From Hyalangium gracile (lineage in GTDB: Bacteria; Myxococcota; Myxococcia; Myxococcales; Myxococcaceae): a stretch of 39,525 nucleotides of DNA. Location of the stretch: NCBI RefSeq assembly GCF_020103725.1, contig NZ_JAHXBG010000030.1:100337-139861 (forward strand), read 5' to 3'. Below are positions 37,301-39,525 of the stretch, piece after piece (position 1 is the first letter of the stretch; each line of letters begins with the position of its first letter). Both the position numbers and the translations under genes were made by a program. The notes under the pieces are model-generated. The model had not been told where the DNA came from. It ran no database searches and saw only the letters and a list, made by a program, of their open reading frames with translations.

Positions 37301-39525
37301 TAGGTGTAGCGGGTGACGTGGGTTCCTGTGCAGACCTGATCCCGGATCTGCTCCACCGTGAGGCCCGTCGCCTGACCGTGCCTCAATGTCGGGTGGCCCA
37401 GCGGGCGCTTCACGCACAGAAGGTTGCCCGTGGCGTCATAGGCGCTTGCCGTGACTCGCTCCAGGGCATCCTCGGAGCGCACTTGCCGGTTCAGGTCGTC
37501 GTAGGTCCAGCGGTTCGTGTAGGGCTTGCCTGGGTCTCTCGGGCGCAGTGTGGAGACCAGGTTGCCGACGGCGTCATAGGTGTGCCGGGTTGTTGCCGCT
37601 TCCGGCGTGCCTACTCCTCGTGTCTCCTCCAGCAGTCGACCCGCGGCGTCGTAGCGGTAGCTGCTCGTGTGATGGTTAGGATCGATCCGTGTCACCGCCA
37701 GGCCTGCGGCGTTGTAGGTCGTAGACTCAGTGCGGATCGTGTTGCCGAGGCCTCGCATCTCGTTCACCCGCCGGCCCAGGCCATCATGGAGACGCACGGT
37801 GGGAATCTCGCGCCGGTCCACCAGGGTCTCGCTGCGTGCGGCATCGTCGTACGTATTGGTCTGGGTGTAGCGTGCCGTGGGCTGGTTGATGTCGAAGTCC
37901 TGCTGCTTCGTGAACCTTCCCGCAGCGTCATAGTCGTAGCGGGTCGTGTGTCCCTTGGCATCGCGTGCGACTCGCAGGTTCTGCGCGTCGAAGCGGGACT
38001 CGCGAACATGGTTCAGTGCGTCATGCACGCGCACCTCGCGATGCAGGCCGTCCTGGACGTGAATGGTTTCAAACGTGCGAGCGTCCCGCTCCACCACGCG
38101 AACCAGACCGGTGTCGGTATCAGGCGTATCGAGGTACAGGCGCTCCAGCGTGGTGAGCGGTGTGCCTCCTCGGGAGATGCTCTCCACCAGCCGCTCGAGC
38201 GCCGGCCGGCCCGCGACGTCGTAGCCCGTGGTCCGGACGATGCCGCGACCATCCGTCTGCTGAATGGCGTGACCCTCGCCGTCATAGACGAAGGACTCGA
38301 TGACGCCCATGGGCTTGCGCCGCTCCAACAGCCTCCCCAGCGCGTTGTGCTTCTCCTCGGTGCGTCGGTTCAGCGCGTCCACCTGGGCTGCCAGGTGGCC
38401 GTGACTGTCGTATTCGAAGCGGGTGGTCAGCCCGAGCGCGCTTCCCACGCTCGAGTCATCCGGCGTGCGCCCCAGTGTGCCGCTCGGCTCGCTGGCCGCG
38501 TCCACCGTCTGCTGGTAGGTCCGGTCCAGGTCGTCCTTGAGGACCACCGTCAAGAAGCCGCGGGCATCCTTCGTCGCGACCGCGTTCTGCGCGTCGGCGT
38601 AGGCCATCCGCGTTTCGTAGGTGTCCGTCGCATTCCCCAGGCTCTTGAATGTCTCCTTCACCTCGACGGGACGGTTCAGCCCGTCGTACCGCGCCGTGCG
38701 ACGACGCTGCTCGATGCCTCCCGCCAGCCAGCGCTCCACCTTGGGGTTGCCATTGAGGTCGTATTCGCGTCTCTCCTCTCGGCCCACCGGATCCACCGTG
38801 CGCACGAGTCGGTTGGCGAAGTCGTACTCCATGCGCGTCTCGTGGGCGTTTCCGTCCACACTTCGCGTCTTGTTGCCCACCAGATCGAAGCGCGCGAGTG
38901 TCTCGTAACGCTGAGGTGGCGCATCCATGTCCGGCCCAGGCACGCTCGGGCTCTGCACGCGCACTACGCGATACAGCGAGTCGAGCCCGTAGTTCGTCCG
39001 ATGGCCGTGGATGTCTGTCTCGAAGGCCCGGTTGCCTGCGGCGTCGTAGCCATACGTGGCCACCACGCCCTGCTGCCCCACAATGCCTTCCACTCCATTC
39101 TGCGCCAGGAAGGCACCTCCCACCGCAGGGGCTATGCTCACGCGCACGGGCCGGTCGGCGAAGTCATAGTCCGTCTTCGTCTCGACTCCCCGCCGGTCGG
39201 TGACGCTCACCCGATTGCTGGCCTCGTCGTAGCCGTAGCGCGTCTCGAGCGGGCTCGACAACCCTCCGCCTGACTCCGTGACGCGTGTCACGCGATTCAG
39301 CGCGTCCAAGGTGTAGAGGCGCTCGAAGTGCGTGGCCGGGTGGTACTCTCGGCGGAGCTGGCCTTCGGGGTAGTACTCGCGCTGCTGCACCACCGATGGG
39401 GAGGCGCCCTTGCTGTTCACGCGAATCACGGTGGTGGGGCGGTCCAGTCCGTCGTACTCCTGCAGCGTCTTGTGTCCAAAGGTGTCGGACTCGGACAGCA
39501 AGCGCCCTCTGCCGTCGAACTCCCG
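34372..39525 (-). CDS. RHS/YD-repeat polymorphic toxin (5'-partial; >1715 aa in window) with a C-terminal Gly/Ala-rich hydrophobic segment and a minimal class-I SAM-methyltransferase-like toxin domain
   Basis: Dozens of YD repeats are present (GxxYxYDxxGNL, RYxYD..GRL). The RHS core terminator is RARYYDNELGRFISRDPL...NPAVYTDPSGK. The ~363-aa C-terminal tip contains ILNLGSGDN (motif I), VNVDI, ADANDLPFPASYFDEV (motif II) and VTRPGGLL (motif III). The frame is open to the window end. Confidence 0.85.
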   Translation of the reverse strand, partial: REFDGRGRLLSESDTFGHKTLQEYDGLDRPTTVIRVNSKGASPSVVQQREYYPEGQLRREYHPATHFERLYTLDALNRVTRVTESGGGLSSPLETRYGYDEASNRVSVTDRRGVETKTDYDFADRPVRVSIAPAVGGAFLAQNGVEGIVGQQGVVATYGYDAAGNRAFETDIHGHRTNYGLDSLYRVVRVQSPSVPGPDMDAPPQRYETLARFDLVGNKTRSVDGNAHETRMEYDFANRLVRTVDPVGREERREYDLNGNPKVERWLAGGIEQRRRTARYDGLNRPVEVKETFKSLGNATDTYETRMAYADAQNAVATKDARGFLTVVLKDDLDRTYQQTVDAASEPSGTLGRTPDDSSVGSALGLTTRFEYDSHGHLAAQVDALNRRTEEKHNALGRLLERRKPMGVIESFVYDGEGHAIQQTDGRGIVRTTGYDVAGRPALERLVESISRGGTPLTTLERLYLDTPDTDTGLVRVVERDARTFETIHVQDGLHREVRVHDALNHVRESRFDAQNLRVARDAKGHTTRYDYDAAGRFTKQQDFDINQPTARYTQTNTYDDAARSETLVDRREIPTVRLHDGLGRRVNEMRGLGNTIRTESTTYNAAGLAVTRIDPNHHTSSYRYDAAGRLLEETRGVGTPEAATTRHTYDAVGNLVSTLRPRDPGKPYTNRWTYDDLNRQVRSEDALERVTASAYDATGNLLCVKRPLGHPTLRHGQATGLTVEQIRDQVCTGTHVTRYTYDEVGKLTDVVDALEGHYSFVYDATRNLVAKQDANGNLSTFEFDALGHRTAEHVHLDAHLRLTAAHRTTLPLFEPGAETLSDVGTLTWRSTYDANGNLKTFTDAKGQVTASVYGLLDRLASRTYSNHALPRAFPSIEAQSFTYDANGNLTDIIETKRTDASTVAQQHTTHTYDKLDRLESTTLPSNKNIAFTYDAAGRRKSITDPDNISTNYEYDALGRLSQATIPEGTTYFKYWPDSLLKNTELPNGLTETRCYDAAGQITQLVLAQGAVSEDCTPKGTLRSRFVYVYDFNGNRLRQIETRTRPDTGSIAAPETTTYGYDALDRLTGVAYADGRAVLYQLDAVGNRIGERDASSSVVSSLGPDAFDSLPAGQLARDTSGTFNRVDWLIRLADRLDSSRERQISYDANGNLTSFISSSRIRSFSWDIRNTLTVVHDNNLETGRYDYDANLQRTWRRTALENVEYVLDDDFVLQEKDTVRQAMRRYHYAHEALAVSDNTSICTTTNFLSNDALGSVSDATSTTGRVMTARKYDVWGSHIGETAPSADNFKLGYTGHQFDVETELTYARARYYDNELGRFISRDPLELIPTAAPNLHRYVYAANNPAVYTDPSGKVIPLIIIGAALISAELNFFKQADQNKAVSFSDATSRTQWGQVALSGTAGAGVAGLSIATGGVATAAATSLGAGTVLATAIGGVFGGAVMGGGDSLVTQSIDVSSGRRASVSLHEVSIQVGVGSILGGAGGAVLGKAYSTIAGLADDLGNAAAYGLQEGATEVVTGAGTAIRAARPIGSTATSGRLGSIHESVTQATESPSGGSAHSAAAAGENGELPQSYEALARAYPKRILNLGSGDNPMTGAVNVDIKKLPGVDIVADANDLPFPASYFDEVHAINPYGFRPVSQEIARVTRPGGLLKVSGSPANKYAKAVKPEVAEDAGFEFIESAPLESIHSFGVPKRTAGTPLSNTSSATTTTYRRKN

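Overview
This is a high-GC (~68-70%) window with Myxococcales-style codon usage, densely coded on both strands; no rRNA, tRNA or CRISPR array was seen. The centre (6.8-19.0 kb) is an eight-gene, same-strand, tightly coupled cluster. It encodes two outer-membrane beta-barrels, a secreted TPR protein, a ~1200-aa TPR protein, a TPR lipoprotein, a ~90-aa secreted protein, an FHA-TM-Gly-rich-TonB-C protein and a third beta-barrel. This matches, gene for gene and size for size, the Glt/Nfs envelope-spanning machines of Myxococcus xanthus (Glt for gliding motility, Nfs for spore-coat assembly). The contiguous A-H order resembles nfsA-H rather than the split glt loci. Flanking genes:
- Left flank: a membrane Ser/Thr kinase with a co-oriented secreted protein, a zinc-ribbon membrane protein, an ADP-ribosylglycohydrolase and a secreted hypothetical.
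- Right of the cluster: a LysM plus papain-like peptidase, a lipoprotein fusing a CxxCH heme-c domain to a PHM/DBH-like copper monooxygenase fold, amtB, a Uma2 (DUF820) endonuclease, typA/bipA, an alpha/beta hydrolase, a sigma-54 enhancer-binding protein, a His-rich CDF metal exporter, a hypothetical, rsmD, coaD and a class I aminotransferase.

The right end (33.2-39.5 kb) is accessory DNA. It holds an IS4-like transposase remnant, a ~50% GC islet with one or two small ORFs, and the 3' ~5.1 kb of an RHS/YD-repeat polymorphic toxin that runs off the window. The C-terminal 'toxin' tip of that RHS protein carries the motif set of a minimal class-I SAM-dependent methyltransferase, preceded by a Gly/Ala-rich hydrophobic segment and followed immediately by a small putative immunity gene. 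This is the most novel-looking element. The first ~640 bp are also low-GC and contain a 5'-partial ORF with a possible PD-(D/E)xK-like motif. Many long antisense or overlapping ORFs in the six-frame track are GC-rich frame artefacts and were not called.
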